Shown one piece after another: positions 1 to 10,367 of a stretch of DNA of 64,000 nucleotides. How positions within the stretch are numbered: the first letter of the stretch is position 1; each line of letters opens with the position of its first letter. The notes under the pieces are model-generated. The model made no database searches. It saw only the letters and a program-made list of their open reading frames with translations, and had not been told where the DNA came from. This DNA is from an uncultured Staphylococcaceae bacterium (GTDB lineage: Bacteria > Bacillota_I > Bacilli_A > ML615J-28 > CAG-313): assembly GCA_964409955.1 (NCBI GenBank), contig CAYPEY010000002.1, forward strand, positions 17,620-81,619. The letters run 5' to 3'. Position numbers and translations under genes: made by a program.

Positions 1-542
1 AAATCACTTTTTTCACGGAAAGCTTTTACAGTTCCATCTTGCGCTAAATCAAGCACTCCTTTATTTTGACCAAAATTATAAACTGAAATAGTACCAATTT
101 TACCATGAGATTTATGAAATTCTACAAGAGCTTTAATGTCAATATCTCCTACAGCATCTCCATATGTTAACATAAATGGCTCATTACCAATATAGTCTTT
201 TATACGTTTTACACGTCCTCCTGTTTGTGTATTAAGCCCTGTATCAACAACTGTAACCTTCCAAAGTTCAGTTGTTTTATTATGTACAATAATATCTGAT
301 CCGTTTGTGAAATCAAATGTAATATCTGATGTGTGTAAAAAATAATCAGCAAACCATTCTTTTATTACATGTTGTTTATATCCAGCACATATAATAAATT
401 CATTAAATCCATAATATGAATATTCTTTCATAATATGCCAAAGAATAGGCATTTCACCTATTTCTATCATTGGTTTTGGTTTTAAATGTGATTCTTCAGA
501 TATTCTTGTTCCAAATCCACCAGCTAAAATTACAACTTTCAT
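1..542 (-). CDS. rfbF: Glucose-1-phosphate cytidylyltransferase (CDP-glucose pyrophosphorylase), partial: C-terminus lies beyond the left edge of the window
   Basis: Minus-strand translation from the ATG at 542 reads MKVVILAGGFGTRISEESHLKPKPMIEIGEMPILWHIMKEYSYYGFNEFIICAGYKQHVIKEWF..., the canonical RfbF/DdhA N-terminus (GGxGTRL nucleotidyltransferase motif). RBS AAAGAGGTGG lies upstream. The ORF stays open to position 1. Confidence 0.85.
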   Translation of the reverse strand, partial: MKVVILAGGFGTRISEESHLKPKPMIEIGEMPILWHIMKEYSYYGFNEFIICAGYKQHVIKEWFADYFLHTSDITFDFTNGSDIIVHNKTTELWKVTVVDTGLNTQTGGRVKRIKDYIGNEPFMLTYGDAVGDIDIKALVEFHKSHGKIGTISVYNFGQNKGVLDLAQDGTVKAFREKSD

Positions 543-556
543 AAGTTTCCACCTCT

Positions 557-1459
557 TTATTTTTTATTATCACTAATAGCATAATCTCTTAAAAATTCTA
601 CTATTTCCATATCTTTATTTTCATCAAACTTACGAGCAAACATTGCCTTGGAATTTAATAATATTTCTTTATCTTCAATGGTATAAGTATATGGTAAACC
701 TCTATCCCAATCAATATGTCGCAAGCACTGATCATTATCATTTTCCATTTCTAATCCATAAAACGAATTTTTAAATGGCGAATTATATAAAATTGTCGCA
801 GCAAAAAACTCTGTGGGACAATATGCCCTGTAAAATGCTTTTTTAAACTTTGGTTCTTCTTTAAGTAAATATTCAACTGCACTATGGGTTATAGAATACC
901 AATCTGCACCTTTTTTTACTTCATAACAAGTTATTTTTTTGTTTTGAATTTTTAATTTTCTTTGTATATTAATTAAAATTCTTCTAATATATATAAACGT
1001 TAAAGATAATGTTTTTGATTTTTGTCTACCTAGCGAAATAAAATAATTTTTATATTTGACCTTATCATCTGTATACTTATAGCAAAAAGAAACAAATTCT
1101 TTTCCTGCATTATTATCAAAAAAATTTAAAAAATCTTTCTGCTTTTTTATTAATAAATCGGAACCTGAAATTAAATGATAATAATCGTATTTTCTTTTAG
1201 ATGATTCCTTTAATAAGGATACCACACCTCTTACCATTGTATAATTACAATAGCTGATTTTAAATCTTTTTACAAAATACAGTTTCGCATACTTCATTTG
1301 ACTAATCCATTCAAATTTTGGATAATTTTTAACTTTTTTATTTATATGTATATATATATCAATTTCTTCCGTGTCCAATTGTTGTAACAAGGCAGTAATA
1401 ACTGAAAAATTATTATGAGCTAATATTAGTATAGCATGTTTCATTATTATCTTTACCAT
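557..1459 (-). CDS. Glycosyltransferase, GT14-like (core-2/I-branching family); the start may be the internal ATG at 1444 (MKHAILILAHNN)
   Basis: N-terminal HAILILAHNNF...IYIHINKK pattern resembles bacterial GT14 branching-enzyme homologues. It sits inside a glycosyltransferase operon with 11 nt to the upstream gene. Confidence 0.5.
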   Translation of the reverse strand: MVKIIMKHAILILAHNNFSVITALLQQLDTEEIDIYIHINKKVKNYPKFEWISQMKYAKLYFVKRFKISYCNYTMVRGVVSLLKESSKRKYDYYHLISGSDLLIKKQKDFLNFFDNNAGKEFVSFCYKYTDDKVKYKNYFISLGRQKSKTLSLTFIYIRRILINIQRKLKIQNKKITCYEVKKGADWYSITHSAVEYLLKEEPKFKKAFYRAYCPTEFFAATILYNSPFKNSFYGLEMENDNDQCLRHIDWDRGLPYTYTIEDKEILLNSKAMFARKFDENKDMEIVEFLRDYAISDNKK

Positions 1460-1470
1460 CCTTATAATTT

Positions 1471-2637
1471 TTATAATAATTCATATATTTTACTCAATAT
1501 AAGTTTATTTTCATTATCAATATCTATTAATTTACAATTATTTTTTAATTTATTCATTAATGATCTATCATCAATTAATCTCTTTATACTTTCATATAAA
1601 CCTTGTATGGATATATCACAAAGTAATCCTGTTAATTCATTAATAATTAATTCATTACCACCGTGAGTTTTAGTAGAAATCACCGGAAGATTTAGGTATT
1701 GTGCCTCACGTATAGTTATACCATAAGCTTCTTGGCGAGCACATTGAACATATATATCAGTGTTTTTCATATACTTATACGGGTTTTTTTGAGAACCAGC
1801 AAAATGAACTCTATCTAATAATTTTAATTCATTAACTATACTATTTAATTTTTCATCAAAGCGTTCATTATCTGCACCACCAACAATTGTCAGCTCACAA
1901 TCATATCCTTCACATATTAACTTATTAAAAGCATATACCAACAGATCAAAGCCTTTTTCAAATACTACTCTTCCTACTGAAACTATACTAATTTTACCTG
2001 ATAAAGTATTTTCTATTGCATCTTTTTTACATTTATCAATATATACGAGATCTATAAAATTATGAATCACTTTACCTTTTTCTTCAAAACAAATTAACGG
2101 ATATTGTTTTTTTACTTCGTTTAAAATACCTTCTGACACAGCACATACATAATCAGCTTTTTTATATATTTTTTCATCTGATTTTTTAATTTTATTAACA
2201 GAATAATGACAGAAAATTATTTTTTTCTTTGCTTTTATATCATTAAAAGCAATATCAGCAGCTATTCCTATTTTATATGCAATTGAGACATCAAATTTTA
2301 ACTTTCTAGTTTTTTTACGAATATATTTTTTAAACATTTTATTTTCTATATATCGTAATATTCTTAACAATATTTTTTGAATTATATTTCTTTTTTTTGC
2401 ATATAATTGTCTTATATGCAAAAAAATCTTTTTCCCTATATAATCATTATTATATTTATTCAATAACAATTTATTGACTTCTGGGGGAATTCTATCTATT
2501 AATTCCAAATTATTAGATAAAATTAATAGCCATACATTATATTTAGAATAATCAAAATTTTTTAAAATGTTTGCTAAACTAACTTCTATTCCACCAACAA
2601 ACATATCAGGATTTACAAAAATAATATTCTTTTTCAT
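1471..2637 (-). CDS. Glycosyltransferase family 4 (GT-B, retaining)
   Basis: N-terminal MKKNIIFVNPDMFVGGIEVSL and C-terminal E..G(I)TIREAQYLNLPVISTKTHGGNELI match the GT4 EX7E region. ATGA overlap with the upstream gene. Confidence 0.75.
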   Translation of the reverse strand: MKKNIIFVNPDMFVGGIEVSLANILKNFDYSKYNVWLLILSNNLELIDRIPPEVNKLLLNKYNNDYIGKKIFLHIRQLYAKKRNIIQKILLRILRYIENKMFKKYIRKKTRKLKFDVSIAYKIGIAADIAFNDIKAKKKIIFCHYSVNKIKKSDEKIYKKADYVCAVSEGILNEVKKQYPLICFEEKGKVIHNFIDLVYIDKCKKDAIENTLSGKISIVSVGRVVFEKGFDLLVYAFNKLICEGYDCELTIVGGADNERFDEKLNSIVNELKLLDRVHFAGSQKNPYKYMKNTDIYVQCARQEAYGITIREAQYLNLPVISTKTHGGNELIINELTGLLCDISIQGLYESIKRLIDDRSLMNKLKNNCKLIDIDNENKLILSKIYELL

Positions 2638-3623
2638 AATTTAACACCAAATCTTCTGATAAATTTTCCTACTTTTTTTCTGAAATAATATTTCTTTAAA
2701 CAACACTTTGGTGATTTTTTCCATTGTTTTAAAAAGTTACTTTTGTAATATTCTTTTTGGATACAGGCATTTTTTAATAAATTATAATATTTTGTTTCTT
2801 TCAAGTAATTCAAAATTTTTTTGGGAGTTTCATTACCATTTAATACAGTTAAAATAGAAAATTCTAATATTCTTGGAATATAAAAATGTAATAATGTATT
2901 TTTAATTACATTAATTCGTTCATCATTATATTGGTCAGCATAATTCACAACTCTTAACATGGCATCTACCGCATCAAAATGTCTATAATCCAATTGCTGC
3001 ATAACAGAGTTTTGATTAATATAATAATTATATACAGCATCATCATTAAAAGTTATATTTTTTGTATGAATCATGTATTTGAATGTAAACTCTTGATCTT
3101 CTCCAGTTCTACAATTAGGAGTAAATTTAATGTAGTTTTGTTTTATTATTTCGGTTTTAAAAATACATCTATAACAAGAAATATATAATCCCTCTAAAAT
3201 AGGCCAACAAAATCGATTAACATCTATTTCATTAATTCTTATATAAGAAGTTTCACCATTGTCAAAAACTTTCAATAATGAACCAATTGATAAATCTGCT
3301 TTTATTATACTTTGATACAAATATAAAACATAATTTGCATCATACCAATCATCACTGTCCAAAAACATTATGTATTCTCCAGTTGCTTCATCTATACCTT
3401 TATTTCTAGCTACAGCAACACCTAAGTTTTCCTGATTTACTACTACAATTCGATTATCTGTATTAGCATATTCTAAGCAAATATTTAAAGAATTATCTGT
3501 TGAACCATCGTTAATAAGTATTAATTCTATATTTTGATATGTTTGATTTAATACACTCTCTATACATCTATTTAAATATTTTTCTGCATTATATACAGGA
3601 ACTATAATACTTATTAAATCCAT
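2634..3623 (-). CDS. Glycosyltransferase family 2
   Basis: SIIVPVYNAEKYLNRCIESVLNQTYQNIELILINDGSTDNS is the classic GT2 N-terminal signature with DxD (DSDD). Confidence 0.8.
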   Translation of the reverse strand: MDLISIIVPVYNAEKYLNRCIESVLNQTYQNIELILINDGSTDNSLNICLEYANTDNRIVVVNQENLGVAVARNKGIDEATGEYIMFLDSDDWYDANYVLYLYQSIIKADLSIGSLLKVFDNGETSYIRINEIDVNRFCWPILEGLYISCYRCIFKTEIIKQNYIKFTPNCRTGEDQEFTFKYMIHTKNITFNDDAVYNYYINQNSVMQQLDYRHFDAVDAMLRVVNYADQYNDERINVIKNTLLHFYIPRILEFSILTVLNGNETPKKILNYLKETKYYNLLKNACIQKEYYKSNFLKQWKKSPKCCLKKYYFRKKVGKFIRRFGVKL

Positions 3624-3640
3624 TCTTTCACTCTTTTCTT

Positions 3641-4210
3641 TTATTTATTATTTTTTTCAGCTTCTTCTTTTCTATTTTTAACTATTTTTGCAGGATTCCC
3701 TACGACAACTGAATATGGTGGAACATCTTTAGCAACAACACATCCTGCACCTATTACACAGCCTTCACCAATTGTTACTCCAGGCATGATCATCACACGA
3801 CGCCCAATCCAAACATCATCACCTATGTGAACTGGTTGAATCGATTTAAACCCTTGTTGATCCATTGTAATATCAACTCTACTTGTTTCATGATTTCGAG
3901 TATATATAATAACTTCTGGACCCATCATTACATGATTACCAATATATGTATTAGGTCCAACCGAACAATTCATACCGATACCAGAATAATCTCCCAAGTG
4001 GATATTCTTATTAAATTTAGCTCTTTTTTCAATGTTAACTTTTTTACCACATTCTTTTATCATTCTTTTAGCTAAAAATCTTCTATATCTTAACCCACAT
4101 TTAATGTGAATAGATTTTTTACCTATTTTAATATATTTATAAGATTCAGGAAACCAATGTCCAGTTAAATAATACAAAATAGAACATATTTTTGAAAATA
4201 TTTTTTTCAT
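3641..4210 (-). CDS. Hexapeptide-repeat (LbH) O-acetyltransferase, WcaF/CatB-like sugar acetyltransferase
   Basis: Repeated [LIV]G-x4 hexapeptides (HIGDDVWIGRRVMIMPGVTIGEGCVIGAGCVVAKDVPPYSVVVGNPAKIV). About 189 aa, typical of colanic-acid/capsule acetyltransferases. Confidence 0.75.
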   Translation of the reverse strand: MKKIFSKICSILYYLTGHWFPESYKYIKIGKKSIHIKCGLRYRRFLAKRMIKECGKKVNIEKRAKFNKNIHLGDYSGIGMNCSVGPNTYIGNHVMMGPEVIIYTRNHETSRVDITMDQQGFKSIQPVHIGDDVWIGRRVMIMPGVTIGEGCVIGAGCVVAKDVPPYSVVVGNPAKIVKNRKEEAEKNNK

Positions 4211-4216
4211 AAAAAC

Positions 4217-5410
4217 CTACATTTCTTCTAATATTGAATAAATTTTTTCAATTTCTTGTTTATTACTATAATCTCTTTTGGAAATATTATATTTAATTTT
4301 TTCTTGTAATTCTTTATTGTTTATAAAATCATATATTCCCTTTGCACATAAATCATTATCAAGAGGAACTATAATTCCGTCAACTCCATCTTCAAGTTGA
4401 CTTGTTGCTGTTGAAAAATTAGTTATTATAACTGGTTTTTCAAGTATTTGAGCTTCTCTCACTGTTACTGCTTTGCCTTCGTATCGTGACGGTTGAACAT
4501 ATATATCGCATGCATTAATATAGGGATACGGATTTTCTTTTTTTCCTAAAATAATAACATTATATTCAACATTATATACTTTAATTTTATCTTTAATAAT
4601 TTGTTCTTGTGACCCATAACCAATAATATACCATTTAACATCTATTCCCATATCTAATATTTTCTTGCAAATATATGGTATATTATCGAAATTTTTAGCC
4701 TCACAAAATCTACCTATTGACAATAACGTTATTTGCTCACTATTATTAACTAGATTTTCATTTAATGATTGTTTTACAATATTTTCTTTAGATAATATAT
4801 TTTCTATCGTAATCAATTTATTTTTTAAAGAAGGAAAAACAATTCCAAAATTAGTTGTTACATCTTGAGACACTCCTACAATAAAATCGTATGGTCGCCA
4901 CATTTTTTCTTGTGATTTTTTATCTAATGCTATGTTCTTATAATCTGTATGTATCCATGCTAATTTTTCTTTTGCTTTTATTTTTTCTTTCACAAAATAA
5001 TGCGGAGCAATAAAACTTATAGCTAAATCATATTCTATTTTTTTTTGAATTTTCGGCATCAACCATTTTGTGTATTTATGATTATAATCGCCATTAATGA
5101 CACCATTTTTAGAATTTTTAGATTTCCTTTTTGCCTTAACTCTAGCAAACAATTTTGATATAAAAATTAATATGTTTCCTTTTTTTAAGTTTTGTCTTAT
5201 TGATGTCTCTATCAACTTGTATCTTTTATTTTCTGCCAACAAATTAACTGTTTTAGGAATATTTTTCAACAATTCTCCTTCATGTGAATTTAAAAACAAA
5301 TCCACTTGATATTTAGAATAATCAAAAGATTCTAATAAACCTATCAAACTACGCTCAGCACCTCCTAAATGCATAGAGCTCATCCAAATAAATATTTTTT
5401 TCATAATCAT
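4217..5410 (-). CDS. Glycosyltransferase family 4
   Basis: MSSMHLGGAERSL N-terminus and C-terminal YEGKAVTVREAQILEKPVIITN motif. Confidence 0.75.
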   Translation of the reverse strand: MIMKKIFIWMSSMHLGGAERSLIGLLESFDYSKYQVDLFLNSHEGELLKNIPKTVNLLAENKRYKLIETSIRQNLKKGNILIFISKLFARVKAKRKSKNSKNGVINGDYNHKYTKWLMPKIQKKIEYDLAISFIAPHYFVKEKIKAKEKLAWIHTDYKNIALDKKSQEKMWRPYDFIVGVSQDVTTNFGIVFPSLKNKLITIENILSKENIVKQSLNENLVNNSEQITLLSIGRFCEAKNFDNIPYICKKILDMGIDVKWYIIGYGSQEQIIKDKIKVYNVEYNVIILGKKENPYPYINACDIYVQPSRYEGKAVTVREAQILEKPVIITNFSTATSQLEDGVDGIIVPLDNDLCAKGIYDFINNKELQEKIKYNISKRDYSNKQEIEKIYSILEEM

Positions 5411-6423
5411 TCCTTTATTTTAATATTTTCTAATGTTTTTTCAATTAATTTATCTGGTTTTAAATAATTATTATAATATATATTATTATTTTTTTTCATA
5501 TTTATTAACTTTTCTTCATTTGTAACCAATTGTTTGATTTTTTCTACACATTCATTAGGGGTTTTAAACGTTAAATAATTTATATTTTCTTTAAACTGGC
5601 CTGGAATTTCGATATCAAATGATTCTGTTACAATTGCAAGAGAACTCGCCAAATATTCGCCAAATTTCCACCCAACACTTTCGTGTAATCCTTTAGTAGC
5701 TACTCCTACATCACACTTTTTTAACATTTTCAAGTAAAACCACTTATTTTCATATTTTTTATTAATAATGTATTGTGGCCCTAATTTACGTGCTAAAGGA
5801 GAATCTGCTAATCCACCAATAAAATTCTCACCAAATTCCTTTGTTAATAATTCCACAATTTTAAATCTCATGTTATTAATTTCATCTCTTTCCTGTGTTA
5901 GTTCTGGAGTTAAGTGTTCCTGTTCGTCCCAAAGCCTTGCCCAATAAGCTATTTTTATTACTTTATTTTTCACAATTTTATTTTCGTATGTTTTATAAGT
6001 ATAATAATATTGTGGTTTTTTTAACAATAGTATTTTAGCAAAACTTTTAAATTTAGATTCATTTAAAGGATTGCCTCTATAAGTAACATGATAATTAAAA
6101 CCTAATGGATACATTTTATTCTTTAGATTTCCAAATTGTTCAGTCTTTTCGCTACAATAACTACGTTTAAAATAATAATCGCAAACGTTTAAATAGTATT
6201 TCATGGCATCTATATTTTGATATCCATCCATCATATCATAAACAATCACATTATTCTCGTATTCTACTATTACAACAGGCACATGATATTTATAATTATT
6301 ATCATTAATATTATCTACGATTTCTAATTTAATTTTTTTCTGTTCTTCAAGCATTTTAAACCCTGTTACAATTTGACTACATACAGCATTTTTAGAAATT
6401 AATTTAATTTTTACTTTTTTCAT
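5407..6423 (-). CDS. Hypothetical polysaccharide-biosynthesis protein, possibly a GT-B-like transferase of unassigned family
   Basis: No signature I can assign with confidence. The C-terminal VATKGLHESVGWKFGEYLASSLAIVTE vaguely resembles a GT-B nucleotide-sugar binding motif. It overlaps both neighbours by 4 nt within the transferase operon. Confidence 0.35.
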   Translation of the reverse strand: MKKVKIKLISKNAVCSQIVTGFKMLEEQKKIKLEIVDNINDNNYKYHVPVVIVEYENNVIVYDMMDGYQNIDAMKYYLNVCDYYFKRSYCSEKTEQFGNLKNKMYPLGFNYHVTYRGNPLNESKFKSFAKILLLKKPQYYYTYKTYENKIVKNKVIKIAYWARLWDEQEHLTPELTQERDEINNMRFKIVELLTKEFGENFIGGLADSPLARKLGPQYIINKKYENKWFYLKMLKKCDVGVATKGLHESVGWKFGEYLASSLAIVTESFDIEIPGQFKENINYLTFKTPNECVEKIKQLVTNEEKLINMKKNNNIYYNNYLKPDKLIEKTLENIKIKE

Positions 6424-7142
6424 TTCTTTTTCCTTGTTAATTTTTGTCGTATATCCTTACCAAATATACGATGTATAATTCTTGTTATTTTATTTCTTAA
6501 AATTTTTCTTTTACTCATCCATGATTTTGCATACCAATGAATAGTATAAGTATTTTCTGTTTTATTAAGTTTTCCTGTTGCATCATCAAATGGGCAAAAA
6601 TAATCTACTGGATAAAGAACCATTCCACCACAATTTTGAAGTTGTCCGTTTGGAACAAATCCATATTCTTTTAAGATGTTTGTAAATATATTACAAACAT
6701 TTATTTTTATACGTTCACCATTTTCATCTAAGAATGCAGCATTATCATACCATTCTCTAGTTTTTTTCATAATTTCATTATTAGGATCTTTAACATACAA
6801 AATTAATCCTGGTGCAACATATTCATCTACTTCAAACCCTGAAAATGCTTCATTTTCAAGAAGATCATCAAGCGGCTTTATTACTTCTACATCTGTATCT
6901 AAATAAATACCACCGTATTGTTCCAATACTAAAAATCTTACATAATCAGATACAAAAGCATATTTCTTTGCTTCATATGCTTGCTTTACATATATATTAT
7001 GATTTATATCAAAATTATCTTCATTCCATTCTTTAATTTCGAAATCAGGAAGATATTTTTTCCAACTTTCAATACATTTTAAAATTATCTTTGGTTTTTC
7101 ATTATGTCCAAACCAACAATAATGAATTATTTTATTGCTCAT
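6420..7142 (-). CDS. Glycosyltransferase with DXD sugar-binding motif (GT32 / capsular polysaccharide synthesis family)
   Basis: IIHYCWFGHNEKPKIILKCIESWKKYLPDFEIKEWNEDNF...GGIYLDTDVEV is typical of Gly_transf_sug/GT32 proteins. RBS AATAGGTGA. Confidence 0.65.
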   Translation of the reverse strand: MSNKIIHYCWFGHNEKPKIILKCIESWKKYLPDFEIKEWNEDNFDINHNIYVKQAYEAKKYAFVSDYVRFLVLEQYGGIYLDTDVEVIKPLDDLLENEAFSGFEVDEYVAPGLILYVKDPNNEIMKKTREWYDNAAFLDENGERIKINVCNIFTNILKEYGFVPNGQLQNCGGMVLYPVDYFCPFDDATGKLNKTENTYTIHWYAKSWMSKRKILRNKITRIIHRIFGKDIRQKLTRKKK

Positions 7143-7150
7143 AAATTCAC

Positions 7151-8305
7151 CTATTTAAATAAATCACTTAATGGAATATGTTGATAGAAATCATACATCC
7201 AGTCACCATTTAGATATTTGCTAAAATATGTATAATAAAAATATATAAAACAAACTAACGAAATAATATAAATTATACTTTTTTCATTTTGATCAATTAT
7301 TCCACATTTTAAAATTATAGCAAAAGATAAACAATTTATTATATCAAAATAATTTCCCATTCTGCCTAACAATATAGCTCCTCCAAAACTAGAAATTACC
7401 ATAAATGCTGCAGAAATAAAACTCAAATTTATACATGTAAAAAAGAATTTATTATCAGTCTTTCTTATATTTTCTTTGTATAAAAAAGACAACGCAGGTA
7501 TTACTAAATATACAGCTACTCTAAATAAACTCATACCCGTACTGTTTGTGAACGAAGATTCATCATATCCACTATCTCCAAGTTCTTCTGCTATACCTAA
7601 TATTCCTTCTGTAAATTCAGTAAAAAATATTCCTATGATAATTGTAACCAAAAGTAACATCCATGTACGTCTATCCCAAATATTTTTTGTAAAGAACGGT
7701 GTTGCAAAAAATATTAATACGTATGGATGAATTAACATAGCAATTAATATCAATATAGATGGTTTTAATATTTTCTTTTTATTTACAAATAATGGTATAC
7801 TCCATATTGCTATTGCAGTAGCAAGAGTTTGTTTAATTGCTGCCATAGTAAATGCATATACTGTAAATGCTATTAATATGAATAACGTAAAACCAAAATC
7901 TACTGAATATTTTTTAATAAATAAAAGGTATGATGTTGTAACTATTATTGCCGTGAAAAATATGAACACATGTGGATTAGTAGATATTAGTGATTTAATT
8001 AATACTCTGTAAATATAAAACAATGGATTTGAACCTATTGTCCAATCTGTTTCTTTAATTCCTGATAAAGTACTAGGTATTTTAGTTTTAAAAGATACTA
8101 TATAATTACCAGTATCATTACCTACTGTCCTAAGTCCAGCAAACAAAATCATAATAATCAATATTATAATAAACATAAGATTAGCCACATTATTATTCTT
8201 TTTATATTCTATTATATTATCTTTAAATATACTGTTATTTGTTTGCTTATTATATGCAATACCTAATAGCGAACAAATAGCAAGCAACAACATAACGTAT
8301 ATCAT
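7151..8305 (-). CDS. EpsG-family / Wzy-type polysaccharide polymerase (polytopic membrane protein)
   Basis: 384 aa with about 10–11 hydrophobic segments and a large loop. The size and position inside a glycosyltransferase cluster are typical of EpsG/Wzy polymerases. Confidence 0.55.
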   Translation of the reverse strand: MIYVMLLLAICSLLGIAYNKQTNNSIFKDNIIEYKKNNNVANLMFIIILIIMILFAGLRTVGNDTGNYIVSFKTKIPSTLSGIKETDWTIGSNPLFYIYRVLIKSLISTNPHVFIFFTAIIVTTSYLLFIKKYSVDFGFTLFILIAFTVYAFTMAAIKQTLATAIAIWSIPLFVNKKKILKPSILILIAMLIHPYVLIFFATPFFTKNIWDRRTWMLLLVTIIIGIFFTEFTEGILGIAEELGDSGYDESSFTNSTGMSLFRVAVYLVIPALSFLYKENIRKTDNKFFFTCINLSFISAAFMVISSFGGAILLGRMGNYFDIINCLSFAIILKCGIIDQNEKSIIYIISLVCFIYFYYTYFSKYLNGDWMYDFYQHIPLSDLFK

Positions 8306-8320
8306 ATTATTACCCCTTCA

Positions 8321-9199
8321 TTAATATTTCTTTTTTGTATTTTTAATATATAAATAATACATTAAACCAAAGGGTAAAAGTATAATTGCATAGAATTTTT
8401 TAGAACATTTTTTTATATAATGTTTTTCTTTTGCAAATTTACTTTCCGCAATATAATGTATCATATTTTTAATAATAAATTTCTTTGATTTAGAAATTCT
8501 CATCATTTCATTTCTAAAATGTGCAAACCCTTTTGCACAAGATTTATATTGTGCAAATTTTGCATATGTCATTGAATCCTCATTATAATCAACTACACAA
8601 GTTGCTTCATTTAATATAAGTAATTGATAATTTTGATCTAATAATTTAAATTTGTAACTTGCAGGATAAAACTTTTCTCCTTCAAATTCTGGATAAGGAT
8701 AAAGTTTAGATAAAGATGATTTGAGAATCAATTTCTTGTCTCCTTTAACTTTATACTTTCCAAAAATATCAAGAGTAGTTGAATGTGAAATCTTAGGAAG
8801 CGGACTTCCTATTATTTCGTTTTTAGGTGTTATGTTATTGGAAATAATACCATAGTATTTATCACTTTTATTTTCTTTCCAAAAACTAGTAATTTTTTCT
8901 ACAGCTTCATCTGTCATCCAATCATCTGAATCTATAATTACATTAATTTCTGTATGAACATTTTCATATGCAAGATTTCTTGCTGTATGCATACCACCAT
9001 TAGGTTTATAAATATATTCTATTTCAATTTTATTTTCTTTTATCCAACTATCAACTAAATCTTTAGTATTATCACTTGATCCATCATCAATAATTAACCA
9101 CAAAAAATCATTTGATGTTTGTCTTAATAATGATTCATATACTTGATGTAAGCAATATGCTCTATTATATGTAGTTGTAATAACTGTTAAAGTTTTCAT
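8321..9199 (-). CDS. Glycosyltransferase family 2
   Basis: LTVITTTYNRAYCLHQVYESLLRQTSNDFLWLIIDDGSSDNT and a later DSDD motif. Confidence 0.8.
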   Translation of the reverse strand: MKTLTVITTTYNRAYCLHQVYESLLRQTSNDFLWLIIDDGSSDNTKDLVDSWIKENKIEIEYIYKPNGGMHTARNLAYENVHTEINVIIDSDDWMTDEAVEKITSFWKENKSDKYYGIISNNITPKNEIIGSPLPKISHSTTLDIFGKYKVKGDKKLILKSSLSKLYPYPEFEGEKFYPASYKFKLLDQNYQLLILNEATCVVDYNEDSMTYAKFAQYKSCAKGFAHFRNEMMRISKSKKFIIKNMIHYIAESKFAKEKHYIKKCSKKFYAIILLPFGLMYYLYIKNTKKKY

Positions 9200-10320
9200 T
9201 ACTTAATTCCTTTATATGTATTAACGTATTTTTCAGTAACCGATTTGATGCTATATCCATGTTTATCAAACGCTTTTTTTATTTTTTCTGCTGAAATTTT
9301 GGTTTTTTTTATGGCACCATTAACTGCATCATTCCATACTTGAAAAGATTCATCTAAATATAGTCTTTCTAGTAAGCCTAAACCTAAATCAGCTTCATTT
9401 GGAATCGCATAAGAACCAACTACTGGAACACCCGAAGCTTGGGCTTCTAAGACTGTACCAGGTAATCCTTCATAGATTGATGGAAAAATTAAAACATCAA
9501 AGACAGATATTAATCTAGGCACATCACCTCTTATTCCTAAGAAAGAAATATATTTACTTAAACCTAAATCAGAAACCTGCTTTTCTATATCCTTTCTTAA
9601 CATTCCATCACCAATAAATAATAGCCTTATATTATCATTCGATTTTCTATATTGATTAAACCATTCTACAATAAATTTGTGGTTCTTCATACTATCAAAT
9701 CTTCCAACATGGCCAATTATAATCTCTTCTTCCGCAATATTCAAATTATTCTTGATTTGATTTTTATCTGCAAAATTTGAAATATACCTTTTTAAATCTA
9801 TAGCATTTGGTATAACTTGAAATTCTTTTTTATTGAATAAAAATTTTCCAGCTTCTCTAGATACAGCAAATCTATGCGTTGAATTTTTATTTATTAAGTA
9901 TTTACCAAATTTTAAAAATAATTTTTTTAACATATTTTTTTGTTTAGAACCAGTTGTTCTAGCATGAGTTATTCTCACAGGTATTTTAACTTTTTTAGCT
10001 GCTAACATAACAAGCCCTGAATGATAAGAAGTATGAGCATGTACTGCATCATAACAACCTTCTTTCATTATTTTTTTTAACTCTTTAATATGTTTTAATA
10101 TTCCAGCATCACGTGGTGATGCTATTTTTATTATTTTTCCATTTAGTTCTTTTATTTCTTTTTCATAATATTGATTTTCATCTTTTGACAAAGTTAAAAA
10201 ATCAAATTCAACTTCTTTTTTATCAATATTACGATATATATCCATCATTCTAGATTCGGCACCACCCATATTAAGTGAACCAAATACTTGTAGTACTTTT
10301 ATTTTTTTTGCTTCATCCAT
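9199..10320 (-). CDS. Glycosyltransferase family 4
   Basis: KVLQVFGSLNMGGAESRMMD N-terminus and C-terminal YEGLPGTVLEAQASGVPVVGS motif. Confidence 0.75.
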   Translation of the reverse strand: MDEAKKIKVLQVFGSLNMGGAESRMMDIYRNIDKKEVEFDFLTLSKDENQYYEKEIKELNGKIIKIASPRDAGILKHIKELKKIMKEGCYDAVHAHTSYHSGLVMLAAKKVKIPVRITHARTTGSKQKNMLKKLFLKFGKYLINKNSTHRFAVSREAGKFLFNKKEFQVIPNAIDLKRYISNFADKNQIKNNLNIAEEEIIIGHVGRFDSMKNHKFIVEWFNQYRKSNDNIRLLFIGDGMLRKDIEKQVSDLGLSKYISFLGIRGDVPRLISVFDVLIFPSIYEGLPGTVLEAQASGVPVVGSYAIPNEADLGLGLLERLYLDESFQVWNDAVNGAIKKTKISAEKIKKAFDKHGYSIKSVTEKYVNTYKGIK

Positions 10321-10367
10321 TACTATATCCTTTTATGTTTCAATAAAAAAATATTTTATTGAAACTT

